Under the pieces are notes generated by a model. The model searched no databases and was not told where the DNA came from. It saw only the letters and a program-made list of their open reading frames with translations. Shown here piece by piece: positions 48,740-57,700 of a stretch of DNA of 64,000 bases (position 1 is its first letter; every line of letters starts with the position of its first letter). The DNA comes from Minisyncoccota bacterium. Its GTDB lineage: Bacteria; Patescibacteriota; Minisyncoccia; UBA6257; 2-01-FULL-56-20. Location: contig JBAYLC010000005.1 of NCBI GenBank assembly GCA_041664245.1, positions 8,695-72,694 of the forward strand, written 5' to 3'. Both the position numbers and the translations under genes were made by a program.

Positions 48740-49195
48740 TTATCTTGGCCGATAGAGTTCACGATATTGTAGTATTGCCAATCCTTCCCATCCAAATCCT
48801 AACGCCTTAGCCGCGGCATAAGAAAGATCAATATCGCGTCCCTTCACATATGGTCCGCGATCAGTAACTTCCACCACAATTTCTTTGCCATTGCGCGGAT
48901 TCTGAAGTAATAACAGCGTTCCTAGGGGCAGGTAGCGGTGTGCCGCCGAAATTCTTGTCAGATCAAATCTCTGACCGTTTGCCATCAACTTGTTCTGAAA
49001 ATACAACCCATACCACGAAGCGCTAATCGGGCGCATCGAGTGATAATTTGAGGTTGGTGTTTGAGAGAAAGTTACTTCCCCGTCTTTAGGATTAGCTTGG
49101 TATTCTGCCAGAGCAGGCGTACTTCTTGAGCTGACGCAGAGCACCAGAAACCATAAACCAATCCAAAAAATAAGAAGAGAAAAAAATACTTTCAA
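48740..49195 (-). CDS. RlpA-like double-psi beta-barrel protein (septal lytic transglycosylase family)
   Basis: Signal/TM N-terminus. DPBB block YLPLGTLLLLQNPRNGKEIVVEVTDRGPYVKGRDIDLSYAAAKALG. Confidence 0.8.
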   Translation of the reverse strand: MKVFFSLLIFWIGLWFLVLCVSSRSTPALAEYQANPKDGEVTFSQTPTSNYHSMRPISASWYGLYFQNKLMANGQRFDLTRISAAHRYLPLGTLLLLQNPRNGKEIVVEVTDRGPYVKGRDIDLSYAAAKALGFGWEGLAILQYRELYRPR

Positions 49196-49313
49196 AATTC
49201 AACTCCTTCTTGTCGCGTTATAGCTTCAGCGAAAACGGACTTTTTTATCATAACTTTTTCGCCTCAGGCTGAAACGCAAACAGACACGTGACTGACATCA
49301 ATGAACTGCCAAT

Positions 49314-49342
49314 ATTCTATTAGATAAAATCAATTTTGTCAA
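49314..49342 (-). promoter_or_regulatory. sigma70 promoter of the rlpA-like gene (TTGACA-17 bp-TAGAAT, minus strand)
   Basis: Minus-strand reading: TTGACAaaattgattttatctaaTAGAAT. Implies a 5' UTR of about 115 nt. Confidence 0.55.
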
Positions 49343-49511
49343 CCCTAACACTAATTGGGGAATTGTTTAATTAGATTTCACTTCTGCTGCAACTTTCAAT
49401 TTTCAAACAGCTAAGTTATTTAAACCATTTTTTATTGATTTTCCCCGATTAGTGTGGGGGCCAATGGTTCTAATAATTAAGACGAATCAATCGGGAATTT
49501 GTTACAAACTT

Positions 49512-49745
49512 TTATAAAAAAAAGTGGCCCCTGCCTAATTCCCGCAAGGGGAGAGACAGAGGCCGGTTACGAATCGCGCCGTTTACTTCTTCGTGGAACC
49601 TTCCAGTATAGAAATAACGGAGTGAAGAATTTTGAGCAACATAATTGTCTCCTTTCGAGAAACTCATCATCTGTTGCCTTCATCTTTTTTTCGATTCCCC
49701 TCTGTTCCGGAGGGGAAACAATGCTTTCCACTCGGGAAAGTTGCT
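49512..49745 (-). ncRNA. candidate about 235-nt minus-strand small RNA (or small-peptide mRNA) with its own promoter and terminator
   Basis: Promoter TTGAAA-16 bp-TAATAT at 49752-49779 (minus). Terminator CCCCTTGCGGGAATTAGGCAGGGG + T8 ending near 49512. Internal hairpin CCCCTC-CGGAACA-GAGGGG. Contains a 19-codon ORF (49583-49642) with AAAGGAGA SD. Confidence 0.4.
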
Positions 49746-49823
49746 GATTAAATATTATCACAAGCCGCCACATTTTCAATAGAGAGTATTCCCTTTTTTT
49801 GATTTTTATATTATATTAGTCTT

Positions 49824-50390
49824 ATGAAAAAAGGTTCAACTAGCTTAATAATAATATTAATCGTGGTCGTCGTGGTCATCGTTGGAGGGTATCTTATCTT
49901 GAGTAAAAAATCAGTAGCGCCTGGAGATAATCAAAACCAATCATCCAGCACCGCCCCAGAAGTAAATAGTAATCAGCCCGTTACTAATGAAGAGTTGCCC
50001 ACCGCCTCCGATTTAAAAACTTACCGTAACGCCAAGTATGGATTTGAGTTTCAGTATCCGAAAAACTGGGACATCGGTTCGGATGTTGATTCTCCGGTGC
50101 AAGCCTCCATCGTATTTTTCGATTCTTCGAAAAATATGGTTTTCGCCGCTGCGGTTTTTCCTAAACTCGGCGCTTTTCAAGAAGTAAAAAAAGATTTTTC
50201 CTCAATAGTAGAAGAAAAATCAACAACCGTTTTAGGTATAAGTGCTACTAATATAACCGGAGTTAGTAAATTTAGTGGACAGACCGAAAATGACATCATT
50301 TTTGAAAAATCTGAAAAGACCTATGTCTTTGGTGGCCCCACTACACCGGCAACTCTTGATCAAATTATCAGCACTCTTAAATTTTTCTAA
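49824..50390 (+). CDS. hypothetical membrane-anchored extracytoplasmic protein
   Basis: N-terminal TM anchor (LIIILIVVVVVIVGGYLIL). No recognisable domain. Confidence 0.4.
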   Translation: MKKGSTSLIIILIVVVVVIVGGYLILSKKSVAPGDNQNQSSSTAPEVNSNQPVTNEELPTASDLKTYRNAKYGFEFQYPKNWDIGSDVDSPVQASIVFFDSSKNMVFAAAVFPKLGAFQEVKKDFSSIVEEKSTTVLGISATNITGVSKFSGQTENDIIFEKSEKTYVFGGPTTPATLDQIISTLKFF

Positions 50391-50396
50391 AAATAA

Positions 50397-50507
50397 ATGA
50401 GCAAGAAAAAAATAATTCTAATTACTATACTTATTTTAGTAATTATAGGGGTGGTTATAGCTTTTAGGGCTTTTTCTCTGCCTACACCTCCGACATTTCC
50501 TGACTAA
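50397..50507 (+). CDS. 36-aa single-TM peptide (possible remnant or duplicated N-terminal anchor)
   Basis: Hand-translated: MSKKKIILITILILVIIGVVIAFRAFSLPTPPTFPD. Similar composition to the N-terminal anchor of the upstream gene. Not in the track (under 60 aa). Confidence 0.3.
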   Translation: MSKKKIILITILILVIIGVVIAFRAFSLPTPPTFPD

Positions 50508-50525
50508 TAATTAATAAAAAAATTT

Positions 50526-51203
50526 ATGAAGAAAAAATCCAGCTCAATAAATATATTATTGCTAATTGTATTTTTTAGTTTTGCGCTCTTTTCTAATTCT
50601 ACTAAAGCCGAAAATCAGCCCTATCTAGTAGGACACGACATTAAAATTACCAAAGGATGGAATCTGCTTATCAGTACATCTGAATTCGATTCTTACAACC
50701 CGGGAAATATCATAAAAGAAGATTATATTAAAAATATTGATGTGCTAGTTCGTTATCTTTGGGTCAATCCCCTAGACAAGTACATTCGCGGCGATATTCC
50801 AGAAATTAAATCTATTTCAAAAAACGATCAAAACAAGATATTAGAACTAAAAAGCCAACTAGGTGAAGATGCTGAACTTTACGCCAGTAATGCTTCTTTT
50901 GTTTACTTTAAAAAATCAGGCACGTTTGTCGCGAGTCGATACAAAGGAGTAGTTATTCCATACAATCGGGTCAAATTGTTTAAAGGATGGAATTTAAAGT
51001 ATGTGGATGAATGGATGGTATCTGGAGAGGGGAAAACCATAGAAGATTTTAAAGGCAATTGTAATGTAGAAAAATTATATTTCTACGATAGCGAAAATAA
51101 AAAGTGGCAGTCTTATATGCAGGAGAAGTTTACAGACAACATGGTTTTCAGAGGATTTGCAATCAAGGTTGCTGATAATTGCGAGTTTAGTAACCCAAAA
51201 TAA
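50526..51203 (+). CDS. hypothetical secreted protein
   Basis: Signal peptide (LLLIVFFSFALFSNSTKA). No recognisable domain. Confidence 0.45.
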   Translation: MKKKSSSINILLLIVFFSFALFSNSTKAENQPYLVGHDIKITKGWNLLISTSEFDSYNPGNIIKEDYIKNIDVLVRYLWVNPLDKYIRGDIPEIKSISKNDQNKILELKSQLGEDAELYASNASFVYFKKSGTFVASRYKGVVIPYNRVKLFKGWNLKYVDEWMVSGEGKTIEDFKGNCNVEKLYFYDSENKKWQSYMQEKFTDNMVFRGFAIKVADNCEFSNPK

Positions 51204-51274
51204 ATTATCCTTTAGAAATTGACTTCCTGTTTTTTTGATTTTTCCGATTTCTGCCTTAAACTAAAGGCATTATT

Positions 51275-52957
51275 ATGAACCCCGAATTTGAAAAATATCA
51301 GCCCGACTTTAAGGGCGAGGAATGGACCGAACGCGACCTTTCTTATTTAGAACCTTTTGCTTCCAATCCCAAAGGCTTAATCTCGGTTTTATCCAATCTG
51401 CCGCCAGAGCTCGCCGGCGCTCTTTGTTCCCGCGCCAGCCGCGCTCAAAACTCTCTCCTCCGTGTTCTTCTAAAAGAATACATCTATCCGATTATCGACG
51501 GCGAAGATAAAGCTCTCGCCGATGAATTAAACAAAACCGTTGAATTTCTCAAAACCGGCGGCTTCAAAAATATTTTAAACAACCAGCGCGCCCAGGCTTT
51601 TTACGCCAAGTGGCTTTCCCAATACGGCGACGATTCCATCGCTCAAATGACGGGAACCCACGTTGTTTTCTGGGGTATCTCGCAGGTGGCAATGAAATTT
51701 TTAGAAGATCGCCGCATCGGGCTCGAGCCGATTGAAAAATCCACTCGCTACGTTAATTTCGGCGAGAAAATTAACGGCCGCTATCTTTATTACATTCCCC
51801 AACCCGATCTCGAAAAATTTGGTTTACTCCAAGAATACAAATCCACTCTTGATAATCTTTTTGAAACTTACGTGGCCATTCTCCCGCCTCTTCTCGAATG
51901 GTTAAAGAAAAATTACAACGATAAAGAATCCGTCCTCGAGAAAAAAGCTTTTGACACCCTTCGTGGCCTTTTGCCGATGGCGACTTTAGGCCAAGTCGCG
52001 TTTCGGGGAAATGCCCAAGCCTTTGAATATTTAATCAACCGCACCGCCAAAAATTCCCTTGGCGAACTTCGCTGGATAGCCAACACCCTCAAACAAGAAC
52101 TAGACAAAGAAATCCCTTCCCTCCTTTTGCGTTTCGATGATGGAAAAACCAAAGATTATCAAGACATTCTCGCTTCTCGCCAAAAAGAAGTTCGCGCCCA
52201 TTTAAAAAATTCTAAACTTGTAGAAGACGATGTTTTAGAAATCGGCGGAAAACCCGAAGTCCATCTCGTTGAATTTGATCCCGAAGCGGAAAATAAAATA
52301 ATCGCCGGAATAATTTTTCCCGAAACTCATCTTGGCTGGGAAAAGATTTTAAACAAAGTTAAATCGCTTTCGCCGGCCGAAAAAAATGAAGCGCTCAAAA
52401 AATACATTGGCAATCGCACCGCTCGCTGGCAAAAAGTCGGCCGCGCTTTTGAAAATTCTTATCTTCGTTTTGAAATAAAAATGAACATCGGCGCTTATCG
52501 TGATCTCCATCGCCATCGGATGATGACCCAAGACCGCCAATATTTTTCCGCCCATCACGGCTACGATCTGCCGTCCGAACTCGAAGAAGCCGACCTTTCT
52601 TCGAAATTCAAAGAGGCGCTCGAAAAAGCCAAAGAACTTTTTCTTAAACTGGAAAAATTTGACCATGAGGTTGCTCAATACGCCGTTCCGCTGGCCTACC
52701 GAATGCGATTTTATGAATGGCAAAACTTCCGCCAATTTTTTTGGGAGACCGAGCTTCGCACCATCTCGCAAGGGCATCCCGATTATAGATTTATTGAACA
52801 GGAAAAATATCGTCTAGTAAAAGAAAAGTTTCCAGCGCTAGCCGAGTTGGTCATGGTTGATTTGAATGATTACAAAATCGCCAGGCGGGGAACGGAGGAA
52901 AACATCCAAAAAAAAGAAGAGTCCCTAGTTGATAAGCTAAAAAATATTAAGAGGTAA
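51275..52957 (+). CDS. thyX: flavin-dependent thymidylate synthase, long form (ThyX-like)
   Basis: ThyX signature AYRDLHRHRMMTQDRQYFS (RHR...S/RQY). The 560-aa length recalls the long chlamydial-type ThyX. Confidence 0.55.
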   Translation: MNPEFEKYQPDFKGEEWTERDLSYLEPFASNPKGLISVLSNLPPELAGALCSRASRAQNSLLRVLLKEYIYPIIDGEDKALADELNKTVEFLKTGGFKNILNNQRAQAFYAKWLSQYGDDSIAQMTGTHVVFWGISQVAMKFLEDRRIGLEPIEKSTRYVNFGEKINGRYLYYIPQPDLEKFGLLQEYKSTLDNLFETYVAILPPLLEWLKKNYNDKESVLEKKAFDTLRGLLPMATLGQVAFRGNAQAFEYLINRTAKNSLGELRWIANTLKQELDKEIPSLLLRFDDGKTKDYQDILASRQKEVRAHLKNSKLVEDDVLEIGGKPEVHLVEFDPEAENKIIAGIIFPETHLGWEKILNKVKSLSPAEKNEALKKYIGNRTARWQKVGRAFENSYLRFEIKMNIGAYRDLHRHRMMTQDRQYFSAHHGYDLPSELEEADLSSKFKEALEKAKELFLKLEKFDHEVAQYAVPLAYRMRFYEWQNFRQFFWETELRTISQGHPDYRFIEQEKYRLVKEKFPALAELVMVDLNDYKIARRGTEENIQKKEESLVDKLKNIKR

Positions 52958-53073
52958 AATTACTGAAGCCTGCCCTTCCGAAGCCTTGGCGCAGGGGGGA
53001 AAAAATAAAAAGATAAGAAGCTAGAAAATAAAAACAAGGGGCATCTGAAATAGATGCCCTTGTGGCTTTAGTA

Positions 53074-53811
53074 TTACTCTCCCTTGGCCTCGATGAATTG
53101 CCCCTCATAAGAGTCAACAAAACGGACGCACCAATCTCGGATTTCCTTTTTCCAAATTTCTTTTCGGAAACCAGGTAAAGAGCGGGCCAGGTAGTCTAAC
53201 CGCCTTATCTGATGACGCAATGTTTGAACAAGAATTCTCACATTCCCGCGCTCCGTGTATTGTTCAAAAGCGTAGAGAAGATAATCCCAGATTTCTACTG
53301 CCCGAAAAACCAATGCCTCTACCCTTTCATTTCTAGCCAATTCTTTCATTATTTCCTTGGCATCATGCGGGAAGATCTTAGGAACATCCAACGCGAACTG
53401 TAATAAGAAGGCACGGTGGAAGAAGTAGAACTGATCAGGCGGTAGTTTCGAAAAAACTTTCAAAAACGCACTATATTCCTCCAGATCTCCCACCCCGCTC
53501 TTGTCAATAAAAACTGTGTCCCTCCCCATTTCACCCTCGCCAAAATCATGGATAATAAGCGCCGATAAGACTAAATTTCTATCGAAGATAGCATAAGGGC
53601 TTATTTGGGTCATCATCTGGATGCCCAATAGAGAAATAGAAAGAGAATGTTGACAAGAATTCTGTATTCTAACCCCACCATCTCCTTCAATATATTTGTC
53701 CCACCTGATTACGCTACTCAGTCTTGTTTGGATTGATAGCCATGATTCAGTAATCTGTTGAAACGGCGCCAAGGACAACGAAGTTGGCAACGCTTCAGTT
53801 CTTGAAGTCAT
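53074..53811 (-). CDS. HD-domain phosphohydrolase (YfbR-like 5'-deoxynucleotidase fold)
   Basis: ALIIHDFGEGEMGRD...GVGD resembles the YfbR HD..E...GD pattern. Confidence 0.5.
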   Translation of the reverse strand: MTSRTEALPTSLSLAPFQQITESWLSIQTRLSSVIRWDKYIEGDGGVRIQNSCQHSLSISLLGIQMMTQISPYAIFDRNLVLSALIIHDFGEGEMGRDTVFIDKSGVGDLEEYSAFLKVFSKLPPDQFYFFHRAFLLQFALDVPKIFPHDAKEIMKELARNERVEALVFRAVEIWDYLLYAFEQYTERGNVRILVQTLRHQIRRLDYLARSLPGFRKEIWKKEIRDWCVRFVDSYEGQFIEAKGE

Positions 53812-53963
53812 AGAAACTCCTCTCTGTAAGTTTTCAAGTTTAACTGTGGTTATTTATAGCACCTACTAAATTCCTGGCAAGGGCTGTTAAATTTTTGTAA
53901 AATAGGTTAAAATCCACTCATAAAAAGTCGCAGAAAACCCATTTATATTAAAAACCAAATAAA

Positions 53964-54524
53964 ATGACAACAATCATCATCGCTATTGTCGCTGTAATCG
54001 TCTTGTGGTTCATTTTCAGTTACAACGGCTTCGTGCGGTTGAATAACCGCGTCAAAGAAGCCTGGTCGGATATCGAAGTTCAGTTAAAACGTCGCTACGA
54101 CTTAATTCCCAATTTAGTCGCCACCGTTAAAGGTTACGCTTCTCACGAAAGCGGAGTTTTTGAAAAAGTCACCGAAGCTCGCACTCGCGCCATGGGCGCC
54201 GAAGCAAAAGGGGATATGAAAGATTTAGCCAAAGCCGAGAATATGCTCTCCGGCGCGCTCAAAACGCTTTTTGCCGTCTCCGAAAATTATCCCAATCTTC
54301 GCGCTTCGGAAAATTTCTCCCAGCTTCAGGTTGAACTCTCCGACACCGAAAATAAAATCCAAGCCGCCCGCCGCTTCTACAATGGCAATGTTCGTGACTT
54401 CAATACTAAAGTTGAAACTTTTCCATCCAATCTAATCGCCGGAATGTTTCATTTCACCGCCAAGGAATTTTTCGACATTGATGAATCCGGCCCGGAAGCT
54501 AAGCCGGTGGAGGTTAAATTTTAA
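53964..54524 (+). CDS. lemA: LemA-family protein
   Basis: N-terminal TM helix plus YNGFVRLNNRVKEAWSDIEVQLKRRYDLIPNLV, which is the LemA signature. Confidence 0.9.
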   Translation: MTTIIIAIVAVIVLWFIFSYNGFVRLNNRVKEAWSDIEVQLKRRYDLIPNLVATVKGYASHESGVFEKVTEARTRAMGAEAKGDMKDLAKAENMLSGALKTLFAVSENYPNLRASENFSQLQVELSDTENKIQAARRFYNGNVRDFNTKVETFPSNLIAGMFHFTAKEFFDIDESGPEAKPVEVKF

Positions 54525-54530
54525 AGTTAT

Positions 54531-54559
54531 AAATGTTGTAATTGTTGTAGGTGTTGTAA
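54531..54559 (+). repeat. three tandem 9-bp repeats (core TGTTGTA) forming the left arm of an inverted repeat pair
   Basis: aTGTTGTAa-tTGTTGTAg-gTGTTGTAa. AATTGTTGTAG (54540-54550) is the exact reverse complement of 54969-54979. Confidence 0.7.
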
Positions 54560-54937
54560 ATGCACGATTCTGGTTTCAAAAACTATCGTTTTGAGGATCT
54601 TGAAGTTTGGCAGCTTGGAATAAAAATAGTTGGCGAAGTTTATAATCTTGCAAAAAAATTTCCAAAGGAAGAATTATTTGCTCTATCTGATCAATTAAAA
54701 CGAGCGTCAACATCAATTGTTTTGAATATTGCCGAAGGATCTGGCCAGTCGACACATAAAAGTTTCGCTCTATATCTGAACCGCTCCAAGTCGTCGCTTT
54801 TAGAATCAGTCGCTTGTATCAAGATTGCTATTCAGCAAGGATTTGTTAACAAAAAAGAAACTGAAGATTTGGACAAATTATTTCGGGAAGAATATTTTAA
54901 GATTATTGCTTTAGAAAAATCGGTAAATAATAAATAA
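54560..54937 (+). CDS. four-helix-bundle protein of the 23S rRNA intervening-sequence type (TIGR02436-like)
   Basis: FEDLEVWQLGIKIVGEVYNLAKKFPKEELFALSDQLKRASTSIVLNIAEGSG is the family signature. Confidence 0.85.
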   Translation: MHDSGFKNYRFEDLEVWQLGIKIVGEVYNLAKKFPKEELFALSDQLKRASTSIVLNIAEGSGQSTHKSFALYLNRSKSSLLESVACIKIAIQQGFVNKKETEDLDKLFREEYFKIIALEKSVNNK

Positions 54938-54980
54938 ACATCTAGAACACTTATAACATTTAGAACATCTACAACAATTT
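54938..54980 (+). repeat. right arm: four bottom-strand TGTTNTA heptamers including CTACAACAATT
   Basis: TAGAACA, TATAACA, TAGAACA, TACAACA read on the top strand. Confidence 0.7.
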
Positions 54981-54987
54981 TAGCAAC

Positions 54988-55893
54988 ATGTCTACTCTCT
55001 ATACCTTCAAGTCCTCAAACATAAGAAAGACTTATCTCCTATTTTTTCTTTTCTTCATTGTCATCATCGGCCTCGGCTGGGTGTTTTCGCGCATCTACGG
55101 AAATTTTAATATCCTGATTTTTGCCGTTATTTTCTCGAGCTTTATGAGCATCATCAGCTACTGGTATTCTGACAAGATTGTTTTGAAAATGGCGAAAGCT
55201 GTTCCAGTTTCCGAATCTACCAATCAAGAGCTCTATCACCTCGTTGAAAACCTCGCCATCACCGCTGGCCTCCCCACTCCGAAAATTTATATTGTTCCCG
55301 AAATGGCGCCGAACGCTTTCGCCACCGGACGAGACCCCCGGCACGCTGTCGTTGCCGTAACCAATGGTCTGCTTCAAAAACTAAACAAAACCGAACTCGA
55401 AGGAGTTCTCGCTCATGAACTATCACACATTGGCAATCGCGATATATTAATCGGCACCGTCGCCGTTATTCTAGTCGGCTTCATTACAGTTCTAGCCGAC
55501 ATCTTTATCCGTTCCACGTTTTTTGGCGGCTTTCGCCGCAGCAACGACCGCGATAATCAAGCTGGTAATATTCTTTTCCTTGTCGGTATTGCCCTTTCGA
55601 TTCTCGCTCCGATTGCCGCTACCTTAATGCAGTTGGCCATTTCCCGCCGGCGCGAATTTTTAGCCGACACCTCCGGCGCGCTTTTAACCCGCTACCCCGA
55701 GGGGCTCGCCACCGCTCTTGAAAAAATTTCTAGTGATCAAACCCCAATGAGCGTGGCCAAAGACTCCACCGCTCATCTCTGGCTTTCTAATCCATTCAAA
55801 AACAATAAAAAGGTTTCCTTCATTTCTAAATTGTTTATGACCCACCCGCCGATAGAGGAAAGAGTAAAAGCTCTCCGAGGTTTAAAGATCTGA
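54988..55893 (+). CDS. htpX: M48-family zinc metalloprotease HtpX
   Basis: Two or more N-terminal TM helices. HELSHIGNRD (HExxH). ...EFLADTSGA. Confidence 0.9.
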   Translation: MSTLYTFKSSNIRKTYLLFFLFFIVIIGLGWVFSRIYGNFNILIFAVIFSSFMSIISYWYSDKIVLKMAKAVPVSESTNQELYHLVENLAITAGLPTPKIYIVPEMAPNAFATGRDPRHAVVAVTNGLLQKLNKTELEGVLAHELSHIGNRDILIGTVAVILVGFITVLADIFIRSTFFGGFRRSNDRDNQAGNILFLVGIALSILAPIAATLMQLAISRRREFLADTSGALLTRYPEGLATALEKISSDQTPMSVAKDSTAHLWLSNPFKNNKKVSFISKLFMTHPPIEERVKALRGLKI

Positions 55894-55906
55894 TATAATA
55901 TAAGTC

Positions 55907-56773
55907 ATGAAACTATTCACCAATTTTAAAAACAGCGTTTATTCGCCAAAGTTTTATTCCGAACTAAAAACCAAACCATTTTCATTTTCTTTTAAATATT
56001 ATTTTTCTCTTTCCCTTGTTCTCTCAATAATCCTCGCCTTTATTTTTTCTTACAATCTAATTCCCGTCGTCCACTCTTTTCTAGATAAATTTACCTCCGA
56101 AGCGGTTAGCTCCTTTCCTGCTGAATTGAAAATAGATATTAAAAACGGCCAAGCCACCTCCAATGTTGTTGAGCCGTATTTCATCAAAATCCCCAATTCT
56201 TTGAAAGCCGCTTCTTTAGGCGATAACAAGCCAGTCATCGAAAATCTTATCGTTATCGATACCAAAAACGATTTCACCGTTGATAAATTCAAAAGCTATA
56301 ACACCGCGACCTGGCTCACCAAAGACGCGATTATAATCGGCCCAAACGATGAGGATCTAAGAGTGACTAGTCTTCAAAGCGTTCCCGATATCACTATTGA
56401 TAAAAGTTTTGTTATCACTTTAGTCGACCGGTTAAAACCGCTTACGAATTGGCTAAGCCCAGTTTTGGTTTTTGGTTCTTTCATTATCGCTTTTCTACTA
56501 TTCCTCGTTAAGCTAATTTACGCCTTTTTGATGACGCTTTTTGTTATGGCTATTGGGAAAATAAAAAAAGTAAAATTAAATTATTGGGATTCCTATCGCA
56601 TTGTTCTTCACGCCATGAGCTTGAGTTTAATCTTCTACGTTCTTGGATTTATTTTCTTCCCTCGCGTTATATTTCTCTTTAGCATAATTCTTTTAGTAGT
56701 TGTCTGGTTAAATTTAAAACCCGAATCAATTTCCGAGCCTGCCGCCAACACAAAAATCGCCAAAAGTTATTAA
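55907..56773 (+). CDS. polytopic membrane protein (DUF1189-like)
   Basis: N-terminus MKLFTNFKNSVYSPKFYSELKTKPF followed by several TM helices. Confidence 0.45.
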   Translation: MKLFTNFKNSVYSPKFYSELKTKPFSFSFKYYFSLSLVLSIILAFIFSYNLIPVVHSFLDKFTSEAVSSFPAELKIDIKNGQATSNVVEPYFIKIPNSLKAASLGDNKPVIENLIVIDTKNDFTVDKFKSYNTATWLTKDAIIIGPNDEDLRVTSLQSVPDITIDKSFVITLVDRLKPLTNWLSPVLVFGSFIIAFLLFLVKLIYAFLMTLFVMAIGKIKKVKLNYWDSYRIVLHAMSLSLIFYVLGFIFFPRVIFLFSIILLVVVWLNLKPESISEPAANTKIAKSY

Positions 56774-57465
56774 TGAATCATCCGTTTGGAAAAGTTATTA
56801 TTGTCTCTCTGGGAGGCTCTATAGTTTGTCCTGACGGCGTAGATGTTCCGTTTCTAAAAAAATTTAAAAAACTAGTTGAAGCTCAAATAAAAAAAGGAAC
56901 CAAGTTTGTGCTAATTATTGGTGGAGGCCGCATAAGCCGCGATTATCAAAACGCCGCCGGTGCGGTCTCTAGTGTTGTTGATGAAGATAAAGATTGGATC
57001 GGTATCCACGCCACCCGCTTAAATGCCCATCTTCTCCGGACGATTTTTCGGAATATGTGCGATCCAACAATTATCGATAGCCGCGAAAAAGTTAAAAAAT
57101 TAAAGTATCCAATTACCATCGGCGCCGGCTGGCGTCCGGGCTGGTCTACCGATTTTGTCACCGTTGCCACTGCCGCTGATTTGAAAATAAAAGAAGTAAT
57201 TTTTGCCGGCAAGCCGGAGTATGTCTACAACAAAGACAACCAGAAATTTAAGGATGCTATGCCGTTTGAAAAAATGAGCTGGCCGGAGTACAAAAAATTG
57301 ATTCCGGCAAAATGGAGTCCGGGTTTTCATTCACCAGTTGATCCTGTTGCCGCCCGCCTCGCCGAAAAAGCCAAAATTACCGGTATCGTTATTGGCGGCC
57401 GCGATCTAAAAAACTTTTCCAATCTTATCACCGGCAAAAATTTCAAAGGAACTACTATTAGTTGA
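56773..57465 (+). CDS. amino-acid-kinase (AAK) family protein, UMP-kinase-like
   Basis: KVIIVSLGGSIV...LIIGGGRISRDYQ nucleotide-binding pattern. Confidence 0.55.
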   Translation: MNHPFGKVIIVSLGGSIVCPDGVDVPFLKKFKKLVEAQIKKGTKFVLIIGGGRISRDYQNAAGAVSSVVDEDKDWIGIHATRLNAHLLRTIFRNMCDPTIIDSREKVKKLKYPITIGAGWRPGWSTDFVTVATAADLKIKEVIFAGKPEYVYNKDNQKFKDAMPFEKMSWPEYKKLIPAKWSPGFHSPVDPVAARLAEKAKITGIVIGGRDLKNFSNLITGKNFKGTTIS

Positions 57466-57501
57466 TAATAGGAAAGTAATACGGTAATCTCTAAAACGAA
57501 A

Positions 57502-57588
57502 GGAGGGTTCGCATAGTGGTCTAGTGCGCAGTCCTGGAAAGACTGTGTGGGGAAACCCACCGAGAGTTCGAATCTCTCACCCTCCGCC
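57502..57588 (+). tRNA. tRNA-Ser (anticodon GGA)
   Basis: Manual fold. Acceptor GGAGGGT/ACCCTCC, D-arm CGCA...TGCG, anticodon stem CAGTC/GACTG with loop CTGGAAA, long variable arm TGGGGAAACCCACC, T-arm GAGAG-TTCGAAT-CTCTC, discriminator G. Confidence 0.85.
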
Positions 57589-57700
57589 TTGTACGGGACA
57601 AACCTCTCCCTGGTAATTTAGCCAGCCATCGCTTTAGCCCAAAAAATTTTCGTGGTAAAATTCCAATTATTAAGGAAAAACCTAGAATTTTAAAGATAGT

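Noticed and set aside
49499-49779. Track ORFs 49499-49747 (+) and 49567-49779 (-) as proteins
   Set aside because: They are low-complexity translations. The minus ORF would begin upstream of the predicted TSS. The region is better explained as a promoter/terminator-bounded sRNA.
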